Source: Octopus vulgaris (lineage: Eukaryota). Taken from it: a stretch of 64,000 bases of DNA. The position numbers and the translations under genes are program-made. Shown in pieces: positions 25,380 through 39,745 of this stretch (within the stretch, counting starts at the first letter, position 1; the number at the start of each line of letters is the position of its first letter). Where the stretch lies: assembly GCA_951406725.2 (NCBI GenBank), contig OX597814.1, positions 128,402,001-128,466,000 on the forward strand, written 5' to 3'. Below the pieces are notes generated by a model that did no database searches, was not told the origin of the DNA, and saw only the letters and a program-made list of their open reading frames with translations.

Positions 25380-26272
25380 GAACATGATTCTTTTACGATT
25401 TGCCAATTCAGGCCGGTTTTCTTTGATTGCTTCCTCTAGTTTCATTAGTTGTTGACAGTAAACATCTGAATTGGTCGGTTGGTTCCTCGGAAGCAGCTCA
25501 AAATACACAACTTCGTAATTCCACCAAATTTGCAGCATGACTTTTTGATGCAATTCAGCTTTCGATGTGGTTTATGCTGGTTCATTACGCTTGGACCATG
25601 ATCATTTTCGATTGATGCTATTGTAGACAATACATTTTTCATCACCAGTGATGATTCGCTTCAAAAAATGGTAGATTTCATTGCGTTTGAGAAGCATATT
25701 GCAAATATTGATTCGTTGTGTTAAGTGAATCTCTTTCAATCTATGTGGAACCCAAATATCGAGCTTCTTAACGAATTCAAGACATTTTAAGTGATTTTCA
25801 ATTGTTGTGCGTGATACATTTAACCTATCTGCAATCTCTTGCACAGTTATATGACAGTCAAATTCAATTATGGCTTTGATTCAGTCATCATCAACTTCTG
25901 TAGGTCGACCAGAATGTTGGTCATTTGAGTGAAAAATCTCCAGAACAGAATTTTAAAAACCATTTCTGACATGTGTATTCTGTTAAGCAATCAACACCAT
26001 AAACTTCACATATCTCTTTGTGAGCTTTAGAAGCTTTCTTTCCTTTACGGAAATAACAAAGCAAAGTATTACGAAATTGTTCGTTTTTTCACTACTTATT
26101 ACAATTGACATTGAAATAACAGCTGTAAACAAAATTACGCGCAATTTGCTTCTAAAATAAGCTAAAAGTAACGGCTATCAAATGTCAAAAGGAAAAAAAT
26201 CATAACATTGTCACTCAAAAGAATTGTAAGTGCATTTGCGAAAAACGAAATTACTTTCTTGCCAACCCAATA
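25380..26272 (-). mobile_element. mariner (DD34D) remnant, 3'-truncated
   Basis: TIR tattgggttggcaagaaagtaa; WVPHRL, IITGDEKC, KVMLQIWW, YCQQL..LEEAIKENRP motifs. Confidence 0.9.
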
Positions 26273-26291
26273 TATATATATATATATATAT

Positions 26292-26458
<167 letters not shown>

Positions 26459-27704
26459 GTGTGTCCCAAAATTAAGGCAACCAACTTTTTTTCACTTTTG
26501 GAAAAGCAAAATATTGTTTTATTTCGAGTCTGAGCGTTTCAATGCAATGGTAAAAGAAACACAATTATGACACTATCATATATATTTGATATGACCACCT
26601 CTGTTTCGAATCACAGTCTAGGTGCGAATGCTTCACATACGGCACGTAGCTGTTCTTGCGGAATCGAAGCCTATTCCTTTGCAGTTTTGCCTTCAAAGTG
26701 TCGAGCGAAGCATGACGAGTATTCAAGACCCTCGGCTCCAAAATGGACCAAACAGAAAAATCCTGCGGGTTGAGATCGGGGCTTCTTGAGGGTCATACAT
26801 CCTTGCCTATGAACGACGGAATGATTTTCTGAATCCAGTATTCTATCTGTTTGGAGCAGTGAGATGGTTCCGAGTCCTGTTGGAGGCTCCAATGTGCGCA
26901 TGGAAAGTGCTCATTCGCCCATGGAAGCAGTTCAGCTTCAAAATGTCGCTTTTAACACCCGAGGGCACAAAAACAAAGGGAAACCTTCCAGTGGCTGTCA
27001 CAGCCATCCAAACCATAACTGACTGTGGATTTTGACGTCAATTTACGAGTCTACCCTCGACGGAGGCAGATACACCCCAAAGCTGGTCATTCTGGTGGCT
27101 TACTGTCTGTTCGATGTCAAATTTCTTTTCATCAGTGAACACTAAGTTGGGCAACGTGCCTTCAGAAATCTGATGCAGGATAAGGTGACTTCTCTCCAGT
27201 CTCATAGCCTTATAAACTTGCATGAGGTCATGATAGCAGATCGTTTTGTGGGGGTGGGTCCTGAGATCCTCCTTCAGCACCCGCTACATTGATGGTTGGC
27301 TTATTTTTGCTGTGACAACCAGTTTTCTGACGGTACAACGAAGAGTTCGCCGTATCTTTTCTGTGGTACTTTTGGTAAGCTGAGGGGTCTGCACACTTCT
27401 TTTTCGGTCATGTCCAGATCTATCAGCGGTGGAACCAATCTCTTGAAATTTCTTGACCATTTTCCAAACTGTTGTTTGGTTAATTTTAAGCTTTTTTGCT
27501 GTAGCTGTATTACTTTCACTTCCTTTGTGGAGGGTTATGATTGTATTTCGGTCTATAGCCATTATCTAATTTATAAATCTAAATTTATTTAGTCTGAAAC
27601 AAAAAGAAGACACACTAATGATATATAATTTTCATATCTCATCAGATTAATTGATTGTTATTAAAGTTCGAAACTTCGCTTGCCTTAATTTCGGGACATC
27701 CTAT
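26459..27704 (-). mobile_element. maT (DD37D-like) Tc1/mariner remnant with both TIRs
   Basis: TIRs gtgtcccaaaattaaggcaa / ttgccttaatttcgggacat. HTH ORF 27284-27562; LVFTDEKKFDIEQ..QNDQLW; QSVMVW. Confidence 0.88.
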
Positions 27705-28440
27705 ATGTGTGCGTGTGTGAGCACACGCATGTGTGTGCATTTATTTATTTAGTGTTTCATGATAATTTATTTTGTTTGTGTTAAGCAGAAAAAATGAAAA
27801 TACCAAAAAAAAAAAAAATAAGCATGACTGAAAATTTGCACAAATAAATAAAATAGTTTTAACAAAACAACCAAGTTTGATAGATTGTGAGAAAATATTT
27901 CTTCACTGAGATATGTTTATTTCAAAAGAAACAAGTCAATTGAGGAACTATTTTTGTTTTTTTTTCCATCTTTCCTTCCACATGCAAATCCATGCACACA
28001 TACTCACTCACACACACACTCACAATAATGGACGTCATTTGGAATTTAACAAAGACTGCTTTACATAGTCCTTTGCAACATCAGGCGTTTGCAGCAATGC
28101 CAGGCAATGATCTGAGAAATTTCTCCAGTCTGAGTGTTTCAGTGAGATCTCTTTACAGTAGCTCTTGTAGAGCACTCCAGACTAAAATGTGCATTTAAGA
28201 TATTAATAATATGTTTGACTTATATTCTTGTCACAGATATTCTATAAAGTTTTATATATACATCAGAAATACAAACAGGAAATATGACAATCTTAAAACA
28301 AAAAACAAACAAAAAATTACCTTCGAAACCATATCAGCATTTTACATATATTTAACCCATTTTATTCATGTGGGCATAATGAAAGTAAATTTTCTAAACA
28401 AACAATTGCTCACACAGATGATCATGTGTGGGCAACAGAC

Positions 28441-28491
<51 letters not shown>

Positions 28492-31400
28492 ACACATGCA
28501 CATTCATTCATAATGTACCAAAAGAAGAGTTCAATACTGGAAAGGTGTACCAATTCTTTAATGGAATTTAAATTAGTAATCCATTACCTATGCTTTCATA
28601 TTGATGAATTAATTATTTTTCATCTAACATGATTGATACCCCGTCATAGTGCTTCTTTGTGGCATGTCACACATTTCTAATTGAAAAATTAACTACAGCA
28701 TCTACATGAAACCATTGGCACTTGATCATTAATTCAAATTCATTCCATTAACACACACATACATTTGTACATAACTATGAACCAGACCCAGTTCTTAAAA
28801 TAAGAACTAGTAATTAACTTTTAGCTATGTGCCGAAGAGAGGTGTGATTTGGGGGGTGTTTTGAAGTATGAGTGACACCAAGTTAAAATGTTATGATGTT
28901 AATTACACCTCAAAACTGGTACTTTGTTTAGCAGCGGAAATTAACAAAGGTTTGTTTGTAGCATAAAATTTTCTTCTTTTAATGTGAAGTTCATAAGATT
29001 TATATAATTTATTTACAGTGATGGGAGTAACGGAACATATGCGTGTGTGCATATGTAATAACATTCCAGTATAAATGTGTGTTTGTATATATGTTCCTAC
29101 CTACATCATCTTCTACTTTATCTCTGCCTCTATCATGCCAAATTTCCAAACACCAAAATATTCTAACAGGTCAACATAACTGAAATTGCATTTGTGGTTG
29201 TTTTATGTATTGTGCCTATCCATTTTCTTCTCCCCCACCTTGTTGCCACAATAATCTTTCTATTATAGGTACAAGGCCTGAAGTTTTGTAGGAGGGGACT
29301 AGTCAATTACATCGACTTCAGAATTTCACTGGTACTTAATTTATTAACCCAAAAAGGATGAACAGCAAAATCGACCTCAGCGGAATTCGAACTCAGCATT
29401 TTGTCAAGCATGCTAATGATTCTGCTAGCTCGCTGCCTTCTTGTTGCCACAATAACAATATTTGTTTTTGTGGTAGCTTAACGGATCTAACAAGGCACCA
29501 TCCTGTTCAACTTTCTGACACTTTTCCTTTGTCAACTCACTCCTTGAGTTTTTCACCCTCTCATACCACTCTACTTGCTTCTATTTGAGGTTTAGTCTTA
29601 ATTTCCTCATATTCAGGTAATGAATTGATGAGACTAAATACTATAATCTTCACAGCAAATAAACTTGTATAACAATATATATATATATATAAGCTGTAGA
29701 GGCGCCATTGTAATGTATGAATAAAAAATATATGCATATATGTATGAATGTATATAAGGACATGTGTGTGTGTGTGTGTGTGTAAGAATATTGTTTCCAT
29801 GCATCTTCCTTATAACTGGTTGAGCATAAATAATGTAAAAATTTTCCAAGGAACAAAAGTCCTGTAGTTTCAGCAGCTTTGTCAGTTTTGATGTGTGAAG
29901 AAGAGTGGAATGAAAATGCCTTACTTAAAGAAAGAGCTAATGAGCTGGTGTCAGAAAAGATGATCAGGCTAAGGAAAATCTGTCATAACATCTTTTGTCT
30001 AAACCATGCCAGCATGGAAATAATGACATAATAAAAATTATATATATACATATATAAAGATAGATAGATAGATAAGCAGGCAGTACACTCCGTAAAGTGA
30101 TTGGCATTAGGACGGGCATCATGCTATAGAAACTATGCCAATGCAGACAGCAGAGCTTGGTGCAGTCTTCTGACTTGTCAGTTCCTGTTAAACCATCTAA
30201 CCCATGCTAGCATGGAAGAAGATTAAATGATGATGATGAGTGTTAACAGGTAATACACCTCTCTTAGAACTGTGACTATTACTTCACATTATAATTCAAA
30301 GGTTAAGTTTTTGCCATCCAAGAGAAAAAGATTGCTGTTAATATCTGAACAAAAGAGACAGTGAAGACCTTAGAAGCTCTAGATGCACTTAAAATGTTAA
30401 TTATATTACACATCTGTTAAAAACATTACACATGATCAGCAGCTGCCCCAAAATGTCAAGATTATTCCCTTCTTATGTGGCATGATAATGTTGCTTAAAC
30501 AGCACATAATGCCAACTGCAGGAAGGATTGCACCAGGACAAATATAAAAAAAAATATTTCTGATTTTGAATTCACATATACATTCCAATATATGAAGAAT
30601 AAATAGTGATGGCTTCCACTAAATTCAAATAAAATAGATTTGATATAGTTAATTAGGACAGAAAACAAAAATTAATGATCTGATGTTGAAATCAGATGTT
30701 CAGCAGATTATTCGAAATTAGTGAGATGAAGATCAAATATAGTCAGTTCCCCCAAAACCTACCTCTACTCTGCCCAGATTTTGAATCTACATTTACATCC
30801 ATAATCATTGGGATTGTTTAAATAATAATCTGGAAATGATGAAGTTTTCATACAAAGAAACTAACTCAAAATCTAAAAACTGAATCTATAAGCAGTAGAG
30901 TGAAAAATATTCAAGACTTTTCTGAAATTCAAAATGATGGAGACTTGTTGTAAGAAATCAATTCCTTCTTTACAGGAAGAATTGAAAGAATTAAAAATGG
31001 AAGACACAAGTCTAACCTCTATTTTAAATAATTCTGAATTGGGCTGGCAAAAGGGGTTGTGTCCATGGACTTCACAAGGCCTCCAAACAGACATAAATAC
31101 ATAATACATATACACATACATGCATATACAAACACACACACATGTTCAAGGAGGCCAAGAAAGACATGAGGTGAAATGGTGAAGAATCTTAAGAGACTGC
31201 ATCTCACAAAAGACCATGACTTGGAGCAAAGCACTAGAGAGAACTCATCCGACCCATGCAGGCATGGAAAAACAGAAATAAAATTGATGGCAGTGATGGA
31301 AATTGAGACTCTCCTGACCATAATACTGCTCTATCCTTTTCTTTGATACTTTCCAATCTATCCCCTTCCTCCTCCATTAATGTGTACCCCTGTTATTTTT

Positions 31401-33217
31401 CTATCTCCCATTACACAGCTACTGTGTAGAGAGGTGGCACCTGGTTCAATAAACACATCTGCATTCAATCTCTTTACCCTTTTATGACTGGCTTTCAGTC
31501 TCCCTTTCCTATCTATCAATCACTCTCAGTTATATTATTCTCTCCCCTCTTACTCAAAGTTGACATTCTTCACACTCTTACCTATTTCTTTACTACCCAC
31601 AAGGGGCTAAACAAGGACAGACACACGGATTAAGTAGATTACATCGACCCCAGTGCGTAACTGGTGCTTATTTAATCGACCCCGAAAGGATGAAAGGCAA
31701 AGTCGACCTCGGCGGAATTTGAACTCAGAACATAGTGGCTAAGCGTTTCGCCCGGCGTGCTAACGTTTCTGCCAGATCACCGCCTTCACATTCTTACCAC
31801 CACCCATCTTCATTGTTATCCATCTCCCTCTCTCTCACATCACTTCCTCCTCTATCTCACATTGTTAACATCCATCACATTCTCTCCCTACCAATTCCAG
31901 TACCTGCTTTTCTATCACCATGTCTTCTTCCTACCACGCTTTATGCCACACATGTTGCTTCTTTCCATTCAAGCATCATGTGGTTGTGTATCACTACTTT
32001 CTTTTACTTTCTCTTCTATAATTCTCTCATCTCATCTCCCATCACTCTGGTTCTTTTCCATTCCTTTGCTACTCTCTCCTCTGCCACTCTATCACTCTCA
32101 TTCTCTTTTATCACTCTCTTCTGTCTGCCAAGAATGAGACAAACCCCGTGGTTGAGGAGAATGAACAAACAGAGACAATGTAGAGTGGAAAGAACTTTTT
32201 AGTGTGACAAGGAACAAGACAACCTTTAGAGTTGGTGCCACAATAAAATACACCCAGTAAATTCTGTAAAGAAGTTGGTGAACAGAAGATGATAAAATAG
32301 GAGAGACAAACGCTTTAATCAAGGACATGATTACCTCTCCAGTGTTGGTGGCATGATAAAATGCTCCCAGTATACTCTGTAAAGTGGTTAGTGAAGAGAA
32401 AGACAACTGACCATATAAAATATGTCAAAATGGAACATACCAGTCAGAAACGGTTCATGACCAATCTAGGGTGGTCACAAACCATTTGTCTGAATAAAGA
32501 CCCAGTCCTGGATGATCCACCCAACCTATACTAGTATGGAAAAACAGATGTAAAAAGGTAATATCATGTGGACTATGGGTGCCTTCAATAGAGTCAATTT
32601 TGCTACACATACTCCTGTCAAGCCCCACGTCAGAGGAAAAACTTCCTCCCTTCCACACACTAGTCTTGAAGACCCAGAAAAAAGACCATGAACACTGTCC
32701 TTTGTTTTAACCAGATTATAACAGAAAATACACATGTACACACACACACACACACATTAACATATCTGCATACATACACATCCAGACATACACATATATT
32801 AGAGTCATTTTTCTCAACACTACAGATGTGTTTCTATCTTCAAATATTATCAAGCAAATACTGAAATCAAACATTTTTTAAAAATATGAAATGGGTGGAT
32901 GAGAACTAAGTAAAATTTAGTGGAGCTAGTTACACCAAGACATTTTGTATAGAAATCTAGTAAGACAAAATTTTGTATAGAAGTCTAATAAGATGAATAA
33001 AAACTAGCATCTCCGCCTTGAATTTCTGAGAGTTACCACTCACCCATCTTGTAAAACAAATTATTTAAATTTTAGTATTTGCTTCATCACAATCCTTAAA
33101 CTGAAACATGTCTGCAGTTTGCAAAATACCATAAATAATATTTCTCAGTGCCTAAATACTTTGGTAGTTACTTTGATAGTGCCTCTAGATTATGAACTAG
33201 AACACCCATTTATATAA

Positions 33218-33322
<105 letters not shown>

Positions 33323-34062
33323 TATATGTATGCATAGACAGCTGGATACATATATACATGCTGCATGCACACATAAAAAAGCAATTTTCGTGGGTCAGAA
33401 AACAACAGGCACTCATATATTAGGTAATATAGTAAATACATTATTCATCTGAAATTATAAATTTAATCTTATAACCAATCCATGTTACCAAAAGGTTTCA
33501 TGTTGAGTGTGGAAAGATAAATCAACAATCATCAGACATGCTTAAATAGAAGCGTATAGGGTAGGTTCTTTGTTATGGAAGGCCTGAAATCACATTTGGT
33601 TTATAGGTCTCAAAGATGTTAAATCAGTCACATGACATGGGGCGGTTTCGTCCAATGAATGTCGATTTGCCTTTCCACACTTGGAAGATTCTTCAACATG
33701 AAAACATTTGGTATTTTTAATTGACTGTTAAGAGGATAAATTTATATTGTATAACACACACACATACATAAATACACACGTGCAAACATTCATACCTTCA
33801 AAGAGACATACATACACACGTGGTCACAGGGTTTACATTAAATCATAATTTCCTTTGTTGTTTTGTAATTTGTACTTGGGAAAAATAAATTTGAACTGGA
33901 AATGTTGCAAAGGACTAGAAAAAAGAACTCTACACAAATCACTTTTGTTTTCACTAAAGAGATTTCCTTGGAAAAATGTAAAAAAAGAGAGAGAGAAACC
34001 TCATTTTTTTCTTTCTTTTTTTTTGTCTGCTGCAAAATTTAGGATACAGGTATAGTTAGATG

Positions 34063-34305
34063 CTAGGCTGTAAACACCATAGAATTGACTTTTGTAGAAT
34101 TTAGACAAACTGAACATGGTATTGACACATAAGTACTATCAGATAGTGAAGTATTGCCAAAACTGGCTTCCTTAGATTGAGATAATGAGTGTCTTTTTTC
34201 ACAGAAACAACTTGAGTTGTCAGCAGATTGTGATAAAACAGTTTTACGTAGTTCTCTCCTTGCTTTTCTAATCACAAACATCATTAGGCATGTCATAAGG
34301 AGCAG
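34063..34305 (-). CDS. TMEM64: TMEM64-like terminal coding exon, 80 aa plus stop
   Basis: Acceptor tttccttttcag|CTG, phase 0. LLLMTCLMMFVIRKARREL resembles the TMEM64 last TM helix (LMFYVVHRAQVEL). Ser-rich tail, TAG at 34063-34065. Confidence 0.82.
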   Translation of the reverse strand: MLLMTCLMMFVIRKARRELRKTVLSQSADNSSCFCEKRHSLSQSKEASFGNTSLSDSTYVSIPCSVCLNSTKVNSMVFTA

Positions 34306-35799
34306 CTGAAAAGGAAACGAGACATTATGATTAAATATCAAACCATCGCAACTTTTTTCTTTATGTTTATACAAACAAAAAAAAAAACAACATTTTAATA
34401 AGAAAATTTAGAGTGCAAATTCAAGTAATGTTCATCCTTATCCCTTTAGCATTTAAACTGGTCATGTCCAGCCCAAATATTCCAACATATAAATATTAAG
34501 CAATTCTAGCCTCCACTCCTATATGATTCATCTTGCTGACTATCTCACACAATCTCACTCAGTTGATTTTCCACCCTTACTCCCTATATTACTCCTTCCT
34601 TTCAATTCCTTTGTCATTTACTTACCCTCAACCCAGGAGACAACATCTCTCTCTCTCTCTCTGTCACCTTTACTCTCAAACTGATCAGATCCAATCTATT
34701 ACACCTACCCTATGATTTCATACTAAAGGTAAACAATCACATCATTGAAATCTCGCAGCTTTATGGTAATGTGAGCTAAAACTATTTCTGTGTAAATTCA
34801 ACTGTAAATACTGTGAGATTTTCAACAATATCTAGTTTTTAGTTCTTTTTGGTATTTGAAATAGAAATTAATTATTTTGTAATTAGTGACATGGCTTCAG
34901 CAAGTAGTGGTTCTGCCTGGGAAGGATTTACACTTGAGGACTTGCAAAATGGAGAAGAATTACAAAGGAAATAACAGCGACTTGTCTTTAGATGGACCTG
35001 ATATAGATATTTCTGAATTTTTCATTTGATGAGGAAGAGTATTTTGATAGCAAAAGTGATGAAAATCTTCGGGTTGCCATTCAAACTATCACAATGACAT
35101 GGTCAAATAATACAACACCAATACATGTTTGTGGCTGTATTGAAAACATGTAATTGTAAATCACTGGCATTTAAACACTGACTATTAAAATTTCAGGTTG
35201 GTATGTAAAAAATTAACTAAGTTACAAACAAATATTTTTGATACAGTTCTATATTTAAGAGATGAGGAATTATGTACATTATTTACATTCGACAGATATT
35301 TGTCCTCATCTTGTTTGTTGTTAACACTTTGCTCACGGACGAGGGCATGTCCTGCCCTTTCCACTACTCTTTTAGCTTAATGTGAATCGACTGGTGTCAT
35401 TACATGACAAACAAGATGAGGACAAATATCCATCAAATGTAAATAATGTAAATATTTTTGATATTCCTCTTGAGCATGATTAATTCAAAACAATGTGAGT
35501 AAATAAACATTGCATTTTACAGAGCAGTCTAAATGCTAAATGGTTTAATTAATAAAATGGAGTTATCTTAGCTTTCAGGTAACCTGTATCATGGAGAATG
35601 GCAATCAAAAGTCTTGAAAGAAAACCCACACATCTTATGTCTATCAGTTCTAGGACCATGCAGTTCGTATTTCCATGACCATGCAATGTTTAGCCTTGTG
35701 GGTTATAAGGAGATATGCAAACAGCCTGTTACACTTATATACATGCATTTTAATGCAAGGAAACTAATTTAGCGTAGCAATGAAGATGATTAGGTTTAA

Positions 35800-36019
35800 C
35801 CCTTTAGTGTTCAGATTACTCTGTTAAATGTAATACTTTTTCACTCAAATTGTTTTGAATTAATCATGCATTATGTTATATCTTTGAGGTTTCAATGATG
35901 TGATTGTGTATTTTTAGAATGTCAATGTAGGTTAGATGTAAGAGGCTGGATATGGCCAGTTTGAATATAAAACATGTAGAATATCTGGGCCAGAAATGGC
36001 CGGTTTAAACACTAAAGGG
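35800..36019. mobile_element. piggyBac-like MITE (TTAA TSD)
   Basis: TTAA|ccctttagtgtt ... aacactaaaggg|TTAA. Confidence 0.75.
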
Positions 36020-36445
36020 TTAAACTTTAAGTTAATGAGAGTACATAATGTAGCATCTACACATTCACAATTTTGATACCTCTTTCTACGGTCTGGACGA
36101 GTCGTGTAACATCTCATTCAGATGTCTTGTAAACATTCTGTTATATAGGAGTGTGTGTGTGTGTGGGTGGGTTAAGGTAAGTGTATCTTTTTTTATTGTA
36201 TGAATAAAGGGAGAGGTTGTGTCCATAACTTTTGCAGACCCTCCAAGACTGATAAGATTAATGAAGTTGTTGTTAATTTGGAACATCACTAGGTTGCAGT
36301 TGTTATTTAGGCTGAAGTCAACTACAATCTAGTACACCTATGATCTAGGCCAGTGGTTCCCAGGCTGTAGTCTGTGGAGCCCTGGTGGTCTGCAAAGGTA
36401 GTACTGGGTGGGGTGGGGGGGGGGCTCCATGAACTAAATTCAAAT

Positions 36446-36493
<48 letters not shown>

Positions 36494-36668
36494 ATAATAA
36501 ATATTAGGGAATGAATCCAAAATTACAGGGAAAAATCAGATTTAGGGTTAAATCCAATTTTATAGTAAAATATTATATAATATAATTCGAGACAAAACCA
36601 CTATTTTAAGACCAAACAAGGAAAGACTTAATCAATACATAAAATTTTAATATAAATTAAATAAACCG

Positions 36669-36712
36669 CCACTACAAATGTTTCATGTCTGCTACCGACA
36701 ATCTTCAGGTGG
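36669..36712 (-). ncRNA. Minimal type I hammerhead ribozyme at the 3' end of the Penelope-like element
   Basis: Minus strand: CCAC-CUGAAGA-U-UGUC-GGUAGCA-GACA-U-GAAAC-AUUU-GUA^-GUGG. Confidence 0.75.
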
Positions 36713-38939
36713 ATTTTCGATCTAAAAATATCAATATTTTAAAATATAATTTAAAATAATTTAAAATAATAAAATTATCAATGAAAGAATATAAAAAAAT
36801 AAAATAATAAAATAAAAATATAATCTATATATAATCTATATATAATCAATATATAATCTAAAATAAACCCTATAAACAATTGAATATAAAAACCTATTAT
36901 AAAAGTTCTCATATTTAAAAATGTACAAAAACCAAAAAACAACAAGCAAAAAACAAAAAACAAAAACCAAAAAACCAAAAAAACAAAAAACAAAAAATAA
37001 ACTATATATACACACACATGCTCATACACTCAACACATTACTTATTCATACTTCCTCACACACACATACAACACTCAATTCATAAACAATATACATATAC
37101 CCGCTCACACATACATATACATACACATACATACAGAACACGATATATACCAATATATAAACACCCACACCCATACAGATAAATAAATTACGCAAACAAT
37201 CACACACACACACACATTCACACATACATAAACACTCAAAAGAAAACCAAAGAATTCTTAGCACGTGGATATCAAACATTTAAAAAAAATTATGAATGGA
37301 AATGAAATCCATACATACAAGTATAAATATAACTATACAAACCCTAACACAATACACACAAATACACACACATATATACACACACCCACAAACATAACCA
37401 TATACACACTCACACATACATATACATACGTACAAGTCTCGATACAAACAAACTTTAATAAAACGACCATGATAAACGAAAACTCATACATATTAATATA
37501 TATATAAAAGAGTGTGTACACGCAGACGGGTGCAATCACACGCACATTCAAAACTTACATATATACAAGTGCATAAATAATCACACCCAATTACATAGCA
37601 CTCATACACTCCCACATCTACACTTACACTTGTACACTCTCACACATACATAAACACCCATACCTACATACAAAAATTCTTATTAAAATAATCATGATAA
37701 ATAAAATCCATACATACAAGTATAAATATAAAGATACAACCCCTTACACAATACACACAAATACACACACATATATACACACACCCACAAACATAACCAT
37801 ATACACACTCACACATACAAATAATATGTACAAAACTCGATACAATCAAATACGCACACGCACACACATTCACACATACATAAACATACAAAAGAAAACA
37901 ACATTTCTACACATAATACGATATATAAAATACTCCATAAGAAATCAGATTATCATAAGTAACAAGATTAACAAAGGAGAAAAATAGACATACCTTCTAA
38001 TCAGTATCAAATTTTGAAGTGAATAACTTTATCCGTTATTACAATAAACAAAAATTGCGTTACCATGGAACCGAACATATAAAAATTATTAGCGCTACGT
38101 AAAACAGCGTCTTTAAAATTATGAATGGAATATAAAATTCTTAGCGCGTAGTAAACAAACGTAAATTAAAAAATTATGAATGGATATACAAAACTTTCTA
38201 CAAATTCTTTAAAAAAACCATAAAAAACGAAAACTCATATAGATATTAATATATATAAAAAAATGAGTGTGTACACGCAGACGGGTGCAATCACACAGAC
38301 ATTCAAAACTTGCATGTATACAAGTGCATAAATAATCACACTCAATTACATAGCACTCATACACTACCGCATCTATACTTACACTTGTACACACGCACAC
38401 ATACATACACACCCATACCTACATACAAAATACTTATTAAACTAATCATGATAATGAAGTCTATACATACAAATATAAAGATAAAGATAAAACCCCTTTC
38501 ATACACAATACACACAAATACACACACATATATACACACACCCACAAACATAACCATATACACACTCACACATACATATACATACGTACAAACTCGATAA
38601 ATACACTAATATTCATTCCCACACTCAATAAAATATTAAGTAAATACAAAAACAAAGAAATACCAATTAAATACTAACTATAATTAAAGTCTAAACTATA
38701 TAACTAAAAATATATATATGGTACTCTAAACTAAAAACAAATTAATCTACAGTAACCTTTAATAGGGGGCTATTAATTTTATTAAATTATATATCATTTA
38801 TGAATGAAATCCATACATACAAGTATAAATATAACTATACAAACCCTAACACAATACACACAAATACACACACATATATACACACACCCACAAACATAAC
38901 CATATACACACTCACAAATACATATACATACGTACAAAT

Positions 38940-39745
38940 CTCGATAAGATTTTCTAATTGGAGTTCAGATAAAAGATAAATACCTACTAAATCAGTAGCT
39001 TGTGCAGAATCTGGTGCTCCCATAGGTATATCAAAACAATCTCTAGTATCATTCCTAGCCCATAATTTATTTTAAAATTTAATGAGCGATTTCCTAGCCA
39101 TTTTAATTACATTAACTTCTTCACGTGACGTTCCCACTTTATTCATTGCGAAAATAAGTGCTTTATTAAACACAATTTCATTAATAGAAGAATAATAATT
39201 ATCTATATCTATTTGAATAAATTTAAAACGATTTTTATCTTTAATATTATTAAACCATCTCAATGTATTGTTATTACTAAACCATAATTTTAAATAATTA
39301 AGTTTATTTAATTTATTGATATATTTATCTAAAATAAATTTACTTAATTTACCTAAGTCAGATTTACATGGGCAAATTAATCTAACTTTAGGGTCTGAAT
39401 AAAAATTATCTTTATGGTCTTTAAGAGTAATTCTGGGGTTCAAAGGTACATATGGTTCAGTTTTATTATCCAATTCATATTTTAACATTACTAATTTAGA
39501 GGCCTTATTAATATTATAAAGTATATCATCTAGAACAATTTTATATTTTTTAATTATTTCTTTCCCTAAAAGTTTATCATATAAATTAACATCTAATTTA
39601 TATAAATTCCTAGTTTTATCAGATTGTACTATAATACCATCCATATTTCTCATATCTTTAATTTTAATTGCTAGGTTTCTTAAATATTCATTATTTCTAT
39701 TTGGGTATTTATAGAATTCAATATTTTTTACTACCTTCCATATAA
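38940..39745 (-). pseudogene. Penelope-like reverse transcriptase fragment
   Basis: Motifs SDKTRNLY, ITLKDHKDNF, VRLICPCKS, FIQIDIDNYYSSI (motif A), FDIPMGAPDSAQ (motif B). One in-frame TAA at 39072-39074; breaks before the YxDD motif. Confidence 0.85.

Noticed and set aside
39072-39074. In-frame stop in the RT as selenocysteine recoding (reported for some Naiads)
   Set aside because: The codon is TAA, not TGA, and the element is truncated; an ordinary nonsense mutation is more likely.
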